A DNA stretch of 63,800 nucleotides, filler included, from Phoronis australis (Eukaryota > Animalia > Phoronida): assembly GCA_002633005.1 (NCBI GenBank). It is 10 parts of 10 records of this genome, joined end to end, with 100 filler letters (N's around TTAATTAATTAA, not from the genome) between each part and the next. Parts side by side here need not be neighbours in the genome. Positions count along the whole stretch, not along the records: positions 58,953 to 62,513 come from NMRA01002957.1; positions 62,614 to 63,800 come from NMRA01003936.1; 8 more parts are not named here. One strand, given 5' to 3'. Shown piece by piece: positions 61,040 through 63,800 of the stretch (position 1 is its first letter; each line of letters starts with the position of its first letter). Under the pieces are notes generated by a model. It was not told where the DNA came from, did not search any database, and was given only the letters and a program-made list of their open reading frames with translations. A program made the position numbers and the translations under genes.

Positions 61040-62322
61040 TATAATTAGTGCAAAATTTTCCAATAAGCTAGCACTTGTGGGTAATGTCAAACCACATTAC
61101 GACCCCTCAAATAACCTTCTGAAAGCATATGTTGTAAATTAAGTTCACTTGGGATTTTTGGAATGGAGTATTTTACAGTTATGTGAAACTTTATCAACAT
61201 GTTTGTGAATTTAGTCATATATCTAAAAAATTGCAGAATTGAACTCAGTAAAAGTATAATTATATTCTCTGAAAATGATGTCGAATTTGATTTTTGACTT
61301 TTTCATAATTTTTCGTTGGGTCAAGTGACCATGTCTTTTTGGTAAAATTTATCAAAAGAGGTACATTAACAGCAAAAACGATATCAACAGCATAATCAAA
61401 TTTCGACACTGTTACAGTTTTCCAAAGTGTTTCATTTTCTGTTTCTGCAACTTTCGATTGTTTTTCATGAAAATCATAGAAGTCATATTTTTGATAGCCA
61501 ATCCTCTTCATGAAAAATGTCATGTGACTAATGGGGTTTTAGGCTCCTCACTACTATTTCCAAAAAATGATTAAATCTCGCTCGAGCAAAAATTTTGTCT
61601 CTGAGAATGTGCACGTATCTTTTAGTTACTGACTTATATAATTTCTATAAATTGCTTCTAGACTGTGATGCACTCATAATTGCTTGGTTAATCCTTTTTT
61701 TAACAATAGAAACGGAAAGTGCGACGTCATCTTACTGGGGAAGTCTAGGAGATTCCGCTATCTTGGTTCTAACTCTTGGGAAATTTTATTAGGTTGAAAA
61801 AGTTCTAACTGGAAAATAACTGGGTAAACTCTGTTTTAGAACACAGGTGTTTGATATGCTAGTCTGTATGGGTCATAGACCAATGCTATATTGTTAGTCT
61901 CCAATTTGGAGTAGCTGATGTATGTCATATTCACTTTCTGGTCCTATTGTGAAGTGGGAAGGGAACATAAGACCGATACTTTTGTTGAGAACTTTCCTTA
62001 AGCAAATAGAATTTTCCTTTTCCATCCATTATCTCGTCTCCTAAACTGCAGAATCTTTGTAAAATAGCTAGCAGGTGGCGCTTATAGTCTGAGATTGGTG
62101 ACACATTTGACCTTGCAAAATGAATTTTATATCAACAGGCGATTAAACCTGCACTTGCTGTCAAAACCAAATTTTTGTTTATACTACTTATGGGTCCAAC
62201 TTTTTCCTTATTCAGATTAGTAATGTTTCCTAGGTTTGAGAGAAGTGACCTGTCATTATTACTTTATGCCAGGATCATTAAATTACTTATGTCACCATGG
62301 GTTAGTTTCAGTCACTAAGCAG

Positions 62323-62513
62323 CTGGGGCTTGGAATTTTCCTCTTTTAAGAGGATTTCCTCTTTTTTGGTTTCGATTTCCTCTGATTTGATTTCCAGTTT
62401 CCTCTTTTTTTCCTCTCTTTTTTATCATTGTTCTGACATTAGTCATGTAAAAACGTCTATTTCTTTTAAATTTTAGAGCCCAATAAGATATTTATATGGC
62501 ACAAGCCTATTTA
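62323..62513. mobile_element. Second copy of the 60804 element, truncated by the contig end
   Basis: GGGCTTGGAATT...GATTTCCTCTTTTTTGG.TTTCGATTTCCTCT is shared with 60804-60960. Confidence 0.65.
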
Positions 62514-62829
62514 NNNNNNNNNNNNNNNNNNNNNNNNNNNNNNNNNNNNNNNNNNNNTTAATTAATTAANNNNNNNNNNNNNNNNNNNNNNNNNNNNNNN
62601 NNNNNNNNNNNNNTAGACCTGATCTGAATAGTTTCATTAGGGATCATGTACTGCGATGAGAATTGTTTAGTTCTGCTATACGGTGTTTGGCTTTCACTAT
62701 GAAGTGTCCAAAGTGGCCTTTTGCGTGTAACCACTGTGTGAGGTGGGGCAGAGGGGGGAATGGGATGTTGTTGCAAACAGTGTCACTATTGTCAGACTGT
62801 TTTAACACTGAATCCGTTTGGTACTTCAG

Positions 62830-62971
62830 CTGACTGATAAGTATGAATCAGTGTCGCTCACTTTTCACGGTGAACGCAGCACGTGGTACCGTCCAGTTAC
62901 TTTAGAGGAACTGCTAGAATTAAAGCATACCTACCCATCGGCCAGACTTGTTGTTGGCAACACGGAGATAG
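62830..62971 (+). CDS. XDH: Xanthine dehydrogenase/oxidase exon (start of FAD-binding domain)
   Basis: CTTCAG...GTAAGA, 142 nt. Encodes [47 protein letters not shown]. Confidence 0.9.
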
Positions 62972-63357
62972 GTAAGAATGACTATAACCACAGTGGCAAA
63001 CTTCATATAATGCCTGTTTTAGGTAATATTGTACCACTTAGGTCCATATTGGTCAACTGTATTGTGGCAAGTACTGGTGTTAGTGAGTATGACTGAGACC
63101 GTGGTTGAGAGGAATACCTTTGGAAAGACAGTAGATCCATATAGTTGCAGTAGCTGATTAATGATTATTTAATTTTGTTTCTGTAGGTGAGTTAAAACTC
63201 AAACTTTATCTAATGCTATGTGAGAAAATGGTAAAATTATTTATGGATCAATGGTCATATAATTATATCTACTGCCATCAAAAATTGAAGTGGCATATTA
63301 GTGTGTTACTTAGTTCACAGCATCAGAAATCATACGTCATGCTAATACGGTTTTCAG

Positions 63358-63525
63358 GTGTTGAAATGAAACTGAAAAAGATGCATTACCCAGTTTTGAT
63401 CAGCCCAGCTCTTGTGCCAGAACTGAACTGTGTAGCCCATGACAAAGATGGGATCCGTGTAGGCGCGAACACCTCACTGGCAAAGTTAGAAGATGTCCTC
63501 AAGACAGCCAGTATTAGCTTGGAAG
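63358..63525 (+). CDS. XDH: Xanthine dehydrogenase/oxidase exon (FAD-binding domain)
   Basis: TTTTCAG...GTAATC, 168 nt, phase 1-1. Encodes GVEMKLKKMHYPVLISPALVPELNCVAHDKDGIRVGANTSLAKLEDVLK. Confidence 0.9.
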
Positions 63526-63800
63526 GTAATCTTCTGATTTATTGCTGAAACATCCAGAGAAAAAAACTTCCTCTTTAAAGCCTATATCTTGAGCAATGAT
63601 TATTAAGGTTTGTTATCCGTCTACATTGAAATCTGCAATACTTCTTGAATTGCCCATAAATTACATAGGTCGTTATTATGACACAGAACAGTGTTTTAGC
63701 TTGGGTACCAAGCTGTATGTTTTCTCCTGAATGTTGGATGGCGATGCGTTGAATCCATGCCATTGTGTTATATGGGCGACCACTAAAAAAAAGAGTAGGG

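Overview
This is eukaryotic (marine-invertebrate-like, probably protostome) genomic DNA of low GC. It is not one locus: ten unrelated contigs are joined by artificial 100-nt spacers (N44-TTAATTAATTAA-N44). Contig 1 (1-19583) holds the last exons of a small protein with two fibronectin-type-I-like 4-Cys modules, then transposon debris (THAP pseudogene, LTR-like segment, hAT-like elements). Contig 2 (19684-34645) holds exons 1-7 of VPS33B and a KNOP1-like (SMAP domain) gene with an uninterrupted CDS, both on the minus strand. The other contigs contain three PKHD1L1 exons (contig 3), three SVEP1-like exons plus an internally deleted L1/Tx1 (4), a decayed L1/Tx1 and a ~175-bp satellite with an invertible hairpin core (5), an intronless RING/B-box/B-box TRIM ORF and an RTE-X-like LINE (6), two vWF/mucin-type Cys-rich exons (7), no clear gene (8), the last two exons of diaphanous (9) and two xanthine dehydrogenase exons (10). 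Gene identities come from recalled protein motifs and manual splice and phase checks; no database search was run. There are no prokaryotic systems or CRISPR arrays.
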